From: an uncultured Acidobacteriota bacterium
Lineage (GTDB): Bacteria; Acidobacteriota; Terriglobia; UBA7540
Assembly (NCBI GenBank): GCA_963804995.1
Contig: CAWDSK010000006.1
Coordinates: 832,001-896,000 of the forward strand
Direction: 5' to 3'
Length of the DNA: 64,000 bases
The notes below the pieces were generated by a model. It made no database searches, was not told the origin of the DNA, and saw nothing but the letters and a program-made list of their open reading frames with translations. Every line of letters starts with the position of its first letter. Positions within the stretch are counted from its first letter, which is position 1. Below, in pieces: positions 19,776-30,670 of this stretch. The translations under genes were made by a program, and so were the position numbers.

Positions 19776-22328
19776 CTACGGTGTCACCTTCAGTATTCCT
19801 TGGAGTACTATCTCTGCCGACGATTTTCCCACCATGATCTCAAAATCGCCGGGCACCACGCGCCAGTGCATGTCGATGTCGAGCAACTGAAGATCCTCCG
19901 GCGTAAGCTTCAGGGTGACGGTCTTGGTTTCCCCAGGGTCCAGCGGCACGCGCTCAAACCCCCGGAGTTGCTTGACGGGGGTTGCCACCGGGGCGTATTT
20001 CTCGTGCAGATATAGTTCGACGGTCTCGACCCCTGCCCGGTCGCCAACGTTTTTCACGTCCAAGGTCACGCGCGCCTCGCCGCCCGGATGGATTTCCGCC
20101 GGTTCTATCCGCAGATTGCTAAACTCAAAGCGGGTATAGCTCAGTCCGTAACCAAACGGGTAAAGCGGCGTTGCTGGCATATCAACGTAGTTTTCACCCG
20201 TCTGGATCCGGTAAGCCTTGCCGGGCTTGTAATTGTAGTAGATGGGCAATTGGCCGGAGCTGCGGGGCACCGAAAGCGCCAAGCGTCCCGTGGGGTTGTA
20301 ATTCCCAAACAGCACGTCGGCCACCGCCTCGCCGCCGCGCTCGCCGGGCAGCCAGGCTTCCACCAGGGCCGGCACATGCTCCAACGTCCAACGCGTCGAA
20401 AGCGGCCGGCCGTTAATGAGCACCACCACAGTGGGAGTTCCGGTTTCGAAGACCGCCTGGATCAGGTCCTCCTGCACTCCCGAGAGATCCAGACTTGCCA
20501 CGTCGTGCCCTTCACCGTCAGTGGGCCCTTCACGCCGGTCGACCTCGTTCCTCTCTTGCCTCTCGCCGACCACGACAATGGCGACGTCCGCCGCTTTCGC
20601 GGCCCGCACCGCTTCCGCAAACCCGCTCTTGTCCGTGCCCGTTATTTCGCAGCCGCGTGCCGTGGTGACTTTGGTTTGCGGTAAGACCACAGCTTTGATC
20701 CCCTCGATCACCGTCGTCACCTGGTGCAACAGGGTCGTCGCCGAATAGTCGCCCAGTTGGTTCGCAACGTCGTCTGCGTTGGGGCCGATCACGGCTACCG
20801 ATTTCAAATCCTTCTTGAGCGGCAGCAAGTTCTTATTGTTTTTCAGCAACACGATGCCTTCGCGGCCCGCGCGCAACGCCAAATCCTGATGCTCCTTCGA
20901 GTGCACGATTTTCATCGCCCGGTCCGGGTCCGCGTAAGGGTTCTCGAAAAGGCCGAGGCGGTACTTCACTCCCAAAATTCTGCGCACGGCCCGATCCACC
21001 AGCGCCATGGAGGTGCGCCCTTCTTCCACGTTCTCGACCAACACAGGGCCATAAGTCACGTAAGAGTTATCCAAATCGATTCCGGCCTTCAGACCCAGTG
21101 GTCCGGCCTCCTTATGGCTGGGAACGATGCCCTCATATAGCAAGGTCTCGAAGCCGTTACCTTCGCTAATGACAAATCCTTTGAAGCCAAGTTCCTGCCG
21201 CAAGACATCGTTGATCCACTTCACCGAGGCGTGCGCCGGCACATCCTCGATTTCCGCGTAACTCGCCATCACCCCCAAGGCCCCGGCTTTGCTGATGGCT
21301 CCGATCCAGGGCGGCAGAAAGTTTTCGCGCAAGCAACGCTCCGATACCTCCACCGCCCCGCGCTCCAGGCCGCTGGCAGGTTCGCTTTGCGTGGGAAAAT
21401 TCGTCAGCAAGGCGATGGTCTTATCCGGAGCCGAAATATCGTAGCCTTGCGCACCACGGACAAGCGCTTCGCCAAGGCGCATAAGGAGGTAGGGATCTTC
21501 GGTGTAGCCTTCCTCGAGTCGTCCCAAGCGCGGATCGCGATTCACTTCCATCACCAGTGAGGAGAGACTGTGAATCCCCACCCCGCGCGCCTCCGCCGCT
21601 GCTGCCCCGTAGATCGCCTCGACCAAATCCATGTCGAAGGAGCTGGCGATGGCGGGACCCTCCGGGAAAACCGTGGCGCCGGAGAACAGAGCGCCATGCA
21701 CGCCTTCTTCATCGGCCATAACCGGTATTTTCAGGCGCGTCTCCGTCAGCGCGGTCTTTTGCAGCTCGTTCAAGTATTCCGCTAGCTGGCGGGTGTTTTC
21801 GGTCGGCATCTCACTGCCGAGCCTCCAGATTCCGCAGGCCGGGCCGATTTTCGGGTCATACGTTCCGGCTATGAATTTCTTGTACGTCTCCAGCTTTAAC
21901 GCAGTGTCTCCTCCTGGTTCATGGGAACGAGAACTCCAGATGCCATAACTTTCAAGTGCCCCATGCGATAAATTGAGCTGCCCGATCTTTTCCTTGAGCG
22001 TCATCCGGCTCATTAGGTCATCGATCCGCTCCTCGACAGGCCGTTTCGAATCAAGGTAGATCGGCGTTTGGCCTCCGGTTTGCACGAGCATCCCCGAGCT
22101 TGACGCCAGCATCGTGCCGGCAGCCACGACGAATAACCAAAAGACTTTCTTCCCCATTATCTTTAACCTCCGAGAGACCAGGCGAACTGGCCACTCTCTG
22201 CACGGAACTGAAGGCCTCTTCTGTTCGCCGGCCAGTGAGATCCAGTCCGGGTGCACTACGGTCGCACCCAAGCCACTGGTCGCAAGACATACAATGCGAG
22301 TGAATTCCTGTCGCGTTGCTTTGCGCAT
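19776..22328 (-). CDS. GH3 beta-glucosidase (BglX-like) with C-terminal Fn3-like domain; alternative start 22157
   Basis: MTLKEKIGQL, RDPRLGRLEEGYTEDP, IVLLKN, VIGPNA, PFGYGLSYT, KQLRGFERV. Confidence 0.92.
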   Translation of the reverse strand: MRKATRQEFTRIVCLATSGLGATVVHPDWISLAGEQKRPSVPCREWPVRLVSRRLKIMGKKVFWLFVVAAGTMLASSSGMLVQTGGQTPIYLDSKRPVEERIDDLMSRMTLKEKIGQLNLSHGALESYGIWSSRSHEPGGDTALKLETYKKFIAGTYDPKIGPACGIWRLGSEMPTENTRQLAEYLNELQKTALTETRLKIPVMADEEGVHGALFSGATVFPEGPAIASSFDMDLVEAIYGAAAAEARGVGIHSLSSLVMEVNRDPRLGRLEEGYTEDPYLLMRLGEALVRGAQGYDISAPDKTIALLTNFPTQSEPASGLERGAVEVSERCLRENFLPPWIGAISKAGALGVMASYAEIEDVPAHASVKWINDVLRQELGFKGFVISEGNGFETLLYEGIVPSHKEAGPLGLKAGIDLDNSYVTYGPVLVENVEEGRTSMALVDRAVRRILGVKYRLGLFENPYADPDRAMKIVHSKEHQDLALRAGREGIVLLKNNKNLLPLKKDLKSVAVIGPNADDVANQLGDYSATTLLHQVTTVIEGIKAVVLPQTKVTTARGCEITGTDKSGFAEAVRAAKAADVAIVVVGERQERNEVDRREGPTDGEGHDVASLDLSGVQEDLIQAVFETGTPTVVVLINGRPLSTRWTLEHVPALVEAWLPGERGGEAVADVLFGNYNPTGRLALSVPRSSGQLPIYYNYKPGKAYRIQTGENYVDMPATPLYPFGYGLSYTRFEFSNLRIEPAEIHPGGEARVTLDVKNVGDRAGVETVELYLHEKYAPVATPVKQLRGFERVPLDPGETKTVTLKLTPEDLQLLDIDMHWRVVPGDFEIMVGKSSAEIVLQGILKVTP

Positions 22329-23733
22329 AGTTGCCCTCCCTGTCTCTAACTGAGCGCAGTCTCAGGTGCACTAGTGCCCCCATCTTGGCGGCTATATGAT
22401 GGCTGGAAGCCGGTAATACGCCTGAAATTACGTCAACACCGAGAACAGTTGCGTCACCGCCCGGTGAGCTTCTTCGATAGACAAATGGTGACCGTTATCT
22501 CCTGTGAGGTCGGTGTGGGCAAAGGCAATCCTGCCAAACGGTGCGTTCCGGAGGATATCACGCGGAGCGGGTTTGCCATCTCTTCCATAATAGAATCCCG
22601 GCTGGGGAACAATAAAATGATGTCCCCACCGGTTGAGGATGATGCCAGCAATATCCCGCCGCGCCTCAAATCCCGTCGTCCGAAACATCTCTGTGAACTG
22701 CTCGCGGACCTTACGTTCGAAATCACGAAATGACGTCGAGAGCAACTCCGCGCGGCCTTTGCTGCACTGTTCCGCTACCGGCAAGCCAGGGTAAAAGAAA
22801 GGTGTGATCAGAGACAGGACCGTGGGGGAGTCTGGTCCAATCGTCGAGCGGTCGGAGCCAAACGTGGCGGTGGTTCGCACTTCGGTCCAAAAGCCGAAGC
22901 CCTCGAACCAGCGCCCGCCGGAAAGGCCCAGATTATACAGAAACTGCCAGTTGCGGACGGCGACGTTAGTCACCACGGCGGCCGAGAAGTTGAACTGGTT
23001 ATAGGCGTTGCGATGCTCGGTGGGCAGGTCGCGCACCACATGCTTGGTGATCCAGCCGCCGCCCGCCATCACCACGGAGCGCGCCTTCAGGCGGTAGACT
23101 TTGCCGTTGCGCGTGTACATGACGCGCACAAAAGCCGACTTTGTCGGCTCGCCTTCGTGTTCCACGCGCACCGCCATGGAGCGCAGCCGGATGCGCACCT
23201 GGTTCGAAGCGCGGTCGAGCGCGGCGAAGTTCACACGATTCCGGCAAACCGCTTGGAGCGTTCGCGGGCCGGGAATGGCGTCAGGCATGAGGGTTTTCAC
23301 AATATGACGTGCGAAGCCCGTGTTTCCGCCGGGAAAACTATGCTGGAGGATGTCAGGGCCGGGGCCGAACACGCCGTACTGGGTGCCGGAGAGGGCATCG
23401 GCCCCAGCCCCTGTCGCGGCCCCCATGTGCGGGGACACAAACATGCGGATGAACTCGCGACTCAGGCCGTAGCGCTCTGCGAGCACATCCTCAGTGGTGA
23501 GAGTCTCGAGGCGCCGCAACTCCGCCTCCGAGTCGTGCGGGGGTGACTCATGATACGCGATGACGGCCTTCAGGTATTTCGCGAAATCGGACCGCAGTTT
23601 CGGCGATAAGGGAAGGCCATCAATATTCCTCCGGGGATCGACCACCCACTTTCCCGGTTGCTGGCCATACTTTGGGCGACAAATCACATGACAAACAATG
23701 GCAGTAGAAGTTGGGTGTTCCGGTCCGCATTAA

Positions 23734-23898
23734 CTAACTGGCCTTCCGGTTGGCACGTCTCTGCTCACGGCCCTGCTTGAGTCGAGCATCAAGCTCTTCT
23801 TTGCCCACCGAAAGCAAGCGCCTGAGCCCCGCCTTAAACTTACGCGGCGATATTTTGACTTTTTCTTCGACGCCAGTTTGTCCCGTGTCTTTATACAT
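23734..23898 (-). CDS. 54-aa basic protein downstream of IS1595 transposase
   Basis: MYKDTGQ...KFKAGLRRLLSVGKEELDARLKQ; overlaps transposase stop; GAGG RBS. Confidence 0.55.
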   Translation of the reverse strand: MYKDTGQTGVEEKVKISPRKFKAGLRRLLSVGKEELDARLKQGREQRRANRKAS

Positions 23899-24844
23899 CC
23901 TCACCTTCTTTTCCGGTCAATTCGTTGTACGTCACTCTCCGACCGTCTGCCTGTTTTAAGGCCGTCTGGAATCTCTCTCCGTCTGTCATCGTGCGAGTAT
24001 TGAATCGGAAGGTAGCACTATCGAGATAGCGGTCAAGGTGAAAAGCGTCAACGGAATGATGCGTCCCGTAAATTGTCCGCTTGAACAGGCTCCAGAAGTT
24101 CTCAAGGCCGTTCGTGTGAACACGGCCCCGGACAAATTCTTCGGCGTGATTGATGACTTCGTGAATGTAATTCTGCTCTTCGATTCCGTCATAGGACTTC
24201 AATGCGTCAGAGTAGATGACGGAGCCGGGAGCAACGTTGCGGCTGATTTGTGCTTGAAGCTCTCCCTTGCGCACAGTCCGTACCTTTTTGGCGCGAATCG
24301 TACCATGCCGCTTGAGAAGTCCCATGACCGCGCACTTGCCGATTGACCCACGGCCAAGATGCTGCCTTTTGCTCGCGTGCTTGAAGCGCTCTTTTCCGCC
24401 GATGAAAGTTTCGTCAACTTCGACTTCGCCAGACAGCGGGTCGCGATCTCCGTTTTCGCGCATCGTGAGCCGGATTCGGTGAAGCATGAACCATGCGGTC
24501 CTTTGCGTCACATTGAGCGCCCGGCCAAGCTGATAGGAACTCACATCTTTTTTCGATGACATCTCAAGCCAGAAGGCGGGAAGCCATTTATCCAAGCCAA
24601 GCGGGGAGTCCTCGAAAATCGTTCCGACCTTGACCGTGAACTGCTTTCGGCAAGTCTTGCAGCGCCAGATGATTCCACGTGTCTTGCTATTGATCGTCCA
24701 GACCTCTGTCCCGCCGCAATCCGCACGCGGGCAAGTGACCTTACCATTGGGCCACCGGACATCTGCAAGAGCCTGATGGCATACTTCCGGGTCGGAGTAG
24801 TATCGAACTGCTTCAAGCAACGTTTCTGGTATGTTGTTAATCAT
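23891..24844 (-). CDS. IS1595-family transposase
   Basis: Zn ribbon CPRADC...CKTC, EVDETFIGG, YSDALKSY, VHTNGLENFWSLFKR. Confidence 0.95.
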   Translation of the reverse strand: MINNIPETLLEAVRYYSDPEVCHQALADVRWPNGKVTCPRADCGGTEVWTINSKTRGIIWRCKTCRKQFTVKVGTIFEDSPLGLDKWLPAFWLEMSSKKDVSSYQLGRALNVTQRTAWFMLHRIRLTMRENGDRDPLSGEVEVDETFIGGKERFKHASKRQHLGRGSIGKCAVMGLLKRHGTIRAKKVRTVRKGELQAQISRNVAPGSVIYSDALKSYDGIEEQNYIHEVINHAEEFVRGRVHTNGLENFWSLFKRTIYGTHHSVDAFHLDRYLDSATFRFNTRTMTDGERFQTALKQADGRRVTYNELTGKEGEDV

Positions 24845-24850
24845 GAGTAC

Positions 24851-24879
24851 AGTTTACGCCACTAATAGTTGTTTGTCAA
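24851..24879 (-). promoter_or_regulatory. sigma70-type promoter of transposase, likely leaderless
   Basis: TTGACA-17nt-TAAACT-6nt-ATG; -35 lies in an internal copy of the IR. Confidence 0.6.
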
Positions 24880-24898
24880 GTACAAAATGAAATTATTT

Positions 24899-25567
24899 TT
24901 AGGGCGCTCCTATGCTTGGGTCTTGAAGGAATTCTTCAAGTTTTTGCTGGTCGCTCATCAATAACTTCCAAGTTTCATAGTATTCGGGTGTCATCCCTCC
25001 ACCAAGGTAGGACTCATTACCTCTCGATTGACTGCGAAATCTCGCGAGGTACACATTCCCCCTGGGAATCGTTTTAAGATAATTCTCGATGGCTTTATGC
25101 CAGCTTTGAACAGACAATGCCCACTCATGCTGGTCCTTGTCTGGATAGACACTTCCCGGAAAAAATCTCGTACGTAGCGAGTTCCCCGTATCTATGTATC
25201 GGCTGATTTTCCCCTGTATGGAGCGTCGCGCCTTCTCAGTAGCTTCATCCGCAGATGACTTGCTACTATTAATCACGGTCGGAGGTGGCATATTGTTTGT
25301 AACTTGAACGGTCGGAGGCTGCTTGGTGTTATGCTCAATCTCAGCCAGTTGCCTACGTATTGCGGATTGGGTCTGCGCGTTCTTAGCTGCCTGAAATGCG
25401 ATCAAGAGCACAGCCACGGCTCCGCAGGCTAAGAACTTGATTTTATAATGCTTCCGCGTGATCGGATCGTCTGTGGGGTGCAAAGTCACATGCACCCCCT
25501 GATAGGCCATATAAATCGTGAGGAGAGCAGACGCGACTGCCAATAACACGGTAATTGTCGTATCCAT
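24899..25567 (-). CDS. IS passenger gene, hypothetical membrane protein
   Basis: Two N-terminal hydrophobic segments, Pro/Thr linker, soluble C-domain; lower GC than flanks. Confidence 0.75.
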   Translation of the reverse strand: MDTTITVLLAVASALLTIYMAYQGVHVTLHPTDDPITRKHYKIKFLACGAVAVLLIAFQAAKNAQTQSAIRRQLAEIEHNTKQPPTVQVTNNMPPPTVINSSKSSADEATEKARRSIQGKISRYIDTGNSLRTRFFPGSVYPDKDQHEWALSVQSWHKAIENYLKTIPRGNVYLARFRSQSRGNESYLGGGMTPEYYETWKLLMSDQQKLEEFLQDPSIGAP

Positions 25568-26558
25568 CGCATAAAACTACTGCCTGTACATTTGTTTGTC
25601 AAGTGATTCATCGCCATACTTTGCTCCAAACCAGAACCCGAAGTTAGGGGGCGGGGGCAACGTGCGCGCGTGGTGATAGCTGTTCCGGCTCAACTCCATG
25701 GGTGGGGGAGGGCCGCCCCACTCCTGATATTTGAACTCGCGCCAGTTGACCCCAATTCGCGCGTAGAACGGATCAATGAGCGGTGAGGGAGGCGGCATCT
25801 GGAACCAGTTTGACCCCTGCGGCACCATCAGCCGCTGGCCATCCACGACGAATTCGTTCCGCCGCGCCTGGCCGCCAAAAATCGGGTGGTTTTCGAGCAC
25901 TAAGCAGGTCTGGTTGGACTTAGCTTGGTCCTTGAAGTAGAGCGCCGCCGCGAGCCCGCTGATGCCTCCTCCCACTACTACCATGTGGAAGACCTCGCCC
26001 GTGTCCACGACCGGTGTCGGGGGAGAGTCGAACACACCATCCCGCACCGCGTGCGCGGCCAGCATCACCTCTAGCGTATGGCCGTTGGCGCCCGCGTAAT
26101 CTCCCTCCCCGGTGTACCCTCCCCAGGAGGATTGCTGAGCCAGAAGCTCGAGCGGAGTTAGGGGCTTCAGCAAAACACTTCCGGAAGCCAGCAAAGCCGA
26201 ATTCAGGAAATCACGCCGGCAGATCCGCGCATTCATGCCCAAGGATTTATCGCCTAGCGGAGAGCTCATGTTTCTGCCTCCGGGGCTGCTGGAGTGAGCG
26301 GGTTAGTCTTGCATTAAACGCGCCTCCGCTCCGCTGCTCGGTTTGAAAATATCAGTTTGAAAATCGTCCAGGCCGAAGCACCGATGGGTGTCAGAGCGCC
26401 GCTTCCCCCTCGTGTCCCGGTGGCACAAAGATCTCATGTTATGCGCTACCCGCTGACGAGTGGTAAGCCCCGGATGGCGAGGTCTTACCCGAGGTCAAGC
26501 GGAGCTTTCTAGTTCCATCGCTCCACTTGACCTCGGGGTATTCCAGTTCAGACCGAAG

Positions 26559-29500
26559 CTAGAAAATGAACTTCATAGCAACTTGCCCGATGCGCGGGTC
26601 CCTCGCGCTGGTCACATAGCCGAAACTCGAGTTTACGATCTTTCCCGTTGGAAGCCCGAATTGGGCGTGGTTGAAGATGTTGAAGAACTCCCCCCGGAAC
26701 TCCAGCTTCTTCGACTCGGTAATGCGGAGGTCCTTCACCAAGGCCATGTCCCAGTTATTGAGGCCCGGACCGTGGAAGAAGCGCCGGTTAGCATCTCCAA
26801 GCTGTCCCAACGCCTCTTTGCTGAACAGGGAAGTGTTGAAGTAAGGATCCGTGTTGGTGGTCGGGTTGGCCAGGCGCGGATCCGTGATATTCAGGGGACC
26901 AGGGAGGCGGTTGGGCACATCGAGGATGCCCACGCCACCCGCATGGAGAGTACCCAGCAGCGAGTTGTCGTCGTACTCCTGGAGGGTCACAGGCAAGCCG
27001 GTGGAGAAATGCGTAATGCCGCTGATGATCCAGCCATTGGTCAATCGGTTGGGGTGCCAGAGCTTTTCGAACGGTACCTGATAGCTGTAGCTCGCCACGA
27101 AGTTGTGGGTCATATCGTAAGAGGACAGCGCCCTACTGATCTCGGGGTTCAGGAAGTTAATCATGTCACCGCCGGTGGGCGAGCCATTATTTCCATAGGA
27201 GGAGGAGTTGTCGAGCGACTTGCTGTAGGTATAGCCGGCCAGGAACTCCATGCGGCCGGAGGTGTGGCGCAAAGAGGCCTCCAGGGCGTTGTAAATGGAG
27301 TTGGCCTTGGTAGTGAACAACCCTTCGGTGCCGAAATTCGACCCGAAGGGGTAGCGCGTGCCGTGAATCACCCCTCCGGTAATGGGGTAAAACGTCCCAT
27401 CTTCAGCGACGGGCCCGCAGGTGGCGGTCCCGGGCATCACTTCGCTCGGCTGGCTGAGACTGAGGCACAGAGCGGCATTGCTCGGATTGACTTCTACGGC
27501 CGCGAGAAGCCGGTGCCCTCCTGTGCCAACGTAACTCAGGCTTGCTAGAGTGTTTGCGCTCAACTGCCGCTGGAGCGAGAAGCTCCAGTGTTCAGCGTAA
27601 GGGACACTGTTGCGGGAATCGATAACCGGCGCACCCACGATGGGCGTGAACTGAGCCCAGTTGAAATCTTTATCGGGGTGACTCGCACTGACATTGCGAG
27701 GCGGGAAAGTAACTGGAAATTTTACGCCCTCGTTTTTGCCGGTTTGCCGATCAATAAAGGGCGTCTCAAGAAGTGGAGGTACGGGACTCGCATAGTAGAA
27801 TCCATAGGGCGAATCTCCCTGTATGGTCAAGTTCATTGCGTTTGTGTCGGCGGTGAAGAAAACACCGAAGGAGGCGCGAATACTGGTCTTGCCGGGTCCG
27901 CCAATAAGCTTACCCAAAAAACCTCCCTGGATACTGGGAGAATAAGCCAAACCAATGCGCGGGGAAAGATCGTGGTGGCGAACCGGGGAGATCGTCCTGG
28001 GAATGCCAGGATCACCGGGCAAGACCCAGCCTGTGGGCGCGCCGGGAAAGACCACCGACTGTTCGCCATATACCAGAGATTCATTTTCGCCGAAAATCTC
28101 ATACCACGGCGATCTGACTGCCCAGTTGAGGCCGTAGTTCACCGTGAGATTGGCCCTGGCGCGCCAACTATCCTGCCCATAAAGGCTATAGTAATATTGG
28201 CGGAAGTGTAGGGTCGGGGCCTGACAATTCTCATAAACACCCGGCGCTCCCAGCAGGTAATCGGCAAAATCAACCCCGGTTTCCGCCCCATAAAATCCAA
28301 AAATCCCCACACTACACTCGGAGCCCCCGGAGTTGGAAATGCTCCCGTCCATATGCGCGCCGCCACCGAACTTCAAGGTGTGAGTTCCCTTCACATGCGA
28401 GAAATTGTCGAGCACCTGATAGGAGTTGTCCCACAACTGGAAGGCGGAAAACGACATACCTATGGTGAAATTATTGAGTTCCATGATGGGAATACCCGTA
28501 AGACTTGCATCATCAACAATGCCCCCGTTGTATTGGTCCCCCGTACCTGCCCCGACCGTGAAACCAAGGGAGCTGAGGCTGGGACCCACTCCACCGACCG
28601 GCGTACTGGTGAAAACGACATCTCGTGTGTAATTGAGGCGGAACTCATTCACAGAGGTCGGTCCAAATGACTTCGTCGCCCCGAAGTTAATGTTTTGCGC
28701 CCGGCCGTTGTTCGTGCTGGAAAATCCCGGAATGCCGCCGTTAGAGTAAGGGTTATTGTAGGTGTAGTCGTCCATAAAATAGTAGCCCGAGAGCAGGCCG
28801 AGACGCGTATTGGCGTCAATCCGATAGCTCCCCTTGTCGTCCCGCAAAGTGTTGTCGAAGGCCGAGGTCGTATAGTCGGGGCCCGAATTGGGATACGGGA
28901 TGTATTTCAGGAGATTTGCCGCAACGGGTGAAAAGGCCGACGTCGGAATAGTCGCATTGGGGAAAACACAGTTCGCCGAGCTGGTGCATCCCGACGTGTA
29001 GTAAGGCTCCCCAGCACTAACCGGGTATCCCAGTCTTTGCGACAACAGGTTGGCCCAATAGCCGCCGGACACAGTGCCGGTGAGGTTGCTTGCCACATCC
29101 GCCAAGTTCCCGGTATGATCGGTAGCGGACGGGACAGGAGTCAGACCGCTGTCCACGCCGGTTACTAGCCGCTGTCCCTGATAATCACTAAAGAAAAACA
29201 ACTTGTCTCGGATGATGGGGCCACCAATGGTCCCCCCGAACTCGTTCTGGTGTAGGGTACCACGCGACGGTGAGAAAAAGTTCCGAGAGTCCATGTCCGA
29301 ATTGCGGAGGAAGTCAAAGACATCTCCGTGCCATTGGTTGGTGCCTGATTTGGTGATGGCATTCACCAGCCCCCCGGAGTAATTACCGTACTCAGCGTCA
29401 GCGTCGTTGGTGATGATTCGGAATTCCGCAATGGAGTCCAGGTTGGGAATGATCGCCGCGCTATTATAGGTCCCCTCTTCCACATTCCCGCCGTTGACCA

Positions 29501-30137
29501 AGAATCCATTGGCCGCTTCCCGCTGCCCGCTGACAGAGAGATTCCCCGAATTCAGGCTCCCAGAGGGGGCATAGCCGCGATAGTCGCCCGACCCAACAGG
29601 AACTACGCCCGGTTGCAGGGCGAGCAGGTCTGTGTAACTGCGCCCGTTCAATGGAACAAGCTCCATCCTGGTGGTTCCAATCACTTCGCCCATCTGCGTG
29701 CTATTTGTCTCGACGTGCACGGCGGTGGCGGAAACGCTGACTTCCTGAGTCACGGCGCCCACCTGGAGCGAGGCGTCAACACGCAGCGCGGTGTTGACGT
29801 CCAGTACGAGGCCCGTCTGGCGGTACTCCTTGAACCCCTGGGCCTGAACGGTTATGTCGTAGTGGCCCACCGGGAGAATCGGAAACGCGTAAAATCCTGC
29901 TGCGTTGGTGTGAGTTGTTTCCTTGATGCCCGTTTCTGTGTTGAGGACCACGACGCTGGCGTTGGGGACCACGGCACCGGTGGGGTCTGAAACAGTTCCC
30001 GAGATGCTTCCTGTGACGCTCGCCCACAGTGGTGAAACGCTAAGCGCCAACACTAACATTGTGATCAACACAAAAACCACTGAAACAAGATGTGTGAACC
30101 ATTCATGAAAACCATTAGCTCGAATTTGGTGCCTCAT
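26559..30137 (-). CDS. TonB-dependent receptor, Oar-like
   Basis: Paralog of 4410-7949; VPLNGRSY, TKSGTN, C-terminal PRIGQVAMKFIF; AGGAGG RBS. Confidence 0.93.
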   Translation of the reverse strand: MRHQIRANGFHEWFTHLVSVVFVLITMLVLALSVSPLWASVTGSISGTVSDPTGAVVPNASVVVLNTETGIKETTHTNAAGFYAFPILPVGHYDITVQAQGFKEYRQTGLVLDVNTALRVDASLQVGAVTQEVSVSATAVHVETNSTQMGEVIGTTRMELVPLNGRSYTDLLALQPGVVPVGSGDYRGYAPSGSLNSGNLSVSGQREAANGFLVNGGNVEEGTYNSAAIIPNLDSIAEFRIITNDADAEYGNYSGGLVNAITKSGTNQWHGDVFDFLRNSDMDSRNFFSPSRGTLHQNEFGGTIGGPIIRDKLFFFSDYQGQRLVTGVDSGLTPVPSATDHTGNLADVASNLTGTVSGGYWANLLSQRLGYPVSAGEPYYTSGCTSSANCVFPNATIPTSAFSPVAANLLKYIPYPNSGPDYTTSAFDNTLRDDKGSYRIDANTRLGLLSGYYFMDDYTYNNPYSNGGIPGFSSTNNGRAQNINFGATKSFGPTSVNEFRLNYTRDVVFTSTPVGGVGPSLSSLGFTVGAGTGDQYNGGIVDDASLTGIPIMELNNFTIGMSFSAFQLWDNSYQVLDNFSHVKGTHTLKFGGGAHMDGSISNSGGSECSVGIFGFYGAETGVDFADYLLGAPGVYENCQAPTLHFRQYYYSLYGQDSWRARANLTVNYGLNWAVRSPWYEIFGENESLVYGEQSVVFPGAPTGWVLPGDPGIPRTISPVRHHDLSPRIGLAYSPSIQGGFLGKLIGGPGKTSIRASFGVFFTADTNAMNLTIQGDSPYGFYYASPVPPLLETPFIDRQTGKNEGVKFPVTFPPRNVSASHPDKDFNWAQFTPIVGAPVIDSRNSVPYAEHWSFSLQRQLSANTLASLSYVGTGGHRLLAAVEVNPSNAALCLSLSQPSEVMPGTATCGPVAEDGTFYPITGGVIHGTRYPFGSNFGTEGLFTTKANSIYNALEASLRHTSGRMEFLAGYTYSKSLDNSSSYGNNGSPTGGDMINFLNPEISRALSSYDMTHNFVASYSYQVPFEKLWHPNRLTNGWIISGITHFSTGLPVTLQEYDDNSLLGTLHAGGVGILDVPNRLPGPLNITDPRLANPTTNTDPYFNTSLFSKEALGQLGDANRRFFHGPGLNNWDMALVKDLRITESKKLEFRGEFFNIFNHAQFGLPTGKIVNSSFGYVTSARDPRIGQVAMKFIF

Positions 30138-30670
30138 TGACAGCCCTCCTTTTGTCAATCACTCAGATCCCGAGCCTGACGTTAACTCGTGGCACTTCAT
30201 AAGCGCGGTAGCAGCCAGAGAGATAGTTCAGGGATGTGAGCTACGGCCACGATCGCCGTCCCAAGCTGGCGGGGGGTACACTCTGAGGGGTTCTCGCGGC
30301 GGCAGCGGGTCAGTGAAGCTGTGAAGGCGATGGCCGAAGGCACGTGCAGCCTTGTATCCATTTCCATCCCTCGCGTTAGTTGCAGAATACTGGTCGCTGT
30401 CGATAGCACGCCATCGCACGAATGTCAAGCAGTAATTGAGCAGTAATTGAGAAGTAATTGAGCTGGCAAACATTAGGTCGGTTTCTAGCAAGGGGGAGCT
30501 GGGAGGGCATGACCGCCACCTTCAACGAGGTCGATATCGGCACATGAGTTGCGGGGAGTAGCCACTCTTGGGGGAACAACAAGGGAACATTAACGCCCGA
30601 ACACCCCGTAAAACCGTGCAACTAGACCGAAGAAAAAGCTAGGCGAGTCAACAAGATAGCATGATTGGAT

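Larger units (their letters stand above)
23675..25615 (-). mobile_element. IS1595-family element with passenger gene (1941 bp)
   Basis: IRs GGCGACAAATCACATGACAAAC / GGCGATGAATCACTTGACAAAC; perfect 8-bp target duplication ATACTTTG (23667-23674, 25616-25623). Confidence 0.95.
22428..26269 (-). pseudogene. FAD-dependent oxidoreductase (spermidine-dehydrogenase-like), split by IS1595
   Basis: N-part RRDFL, VVVGGGISGL, ENHPIFGGQARRNEF; C-part NRWGH, RIAFAHTDL; frame rejoins at FGAKYG/QQPG after IS removal. Confidence 0.88.
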
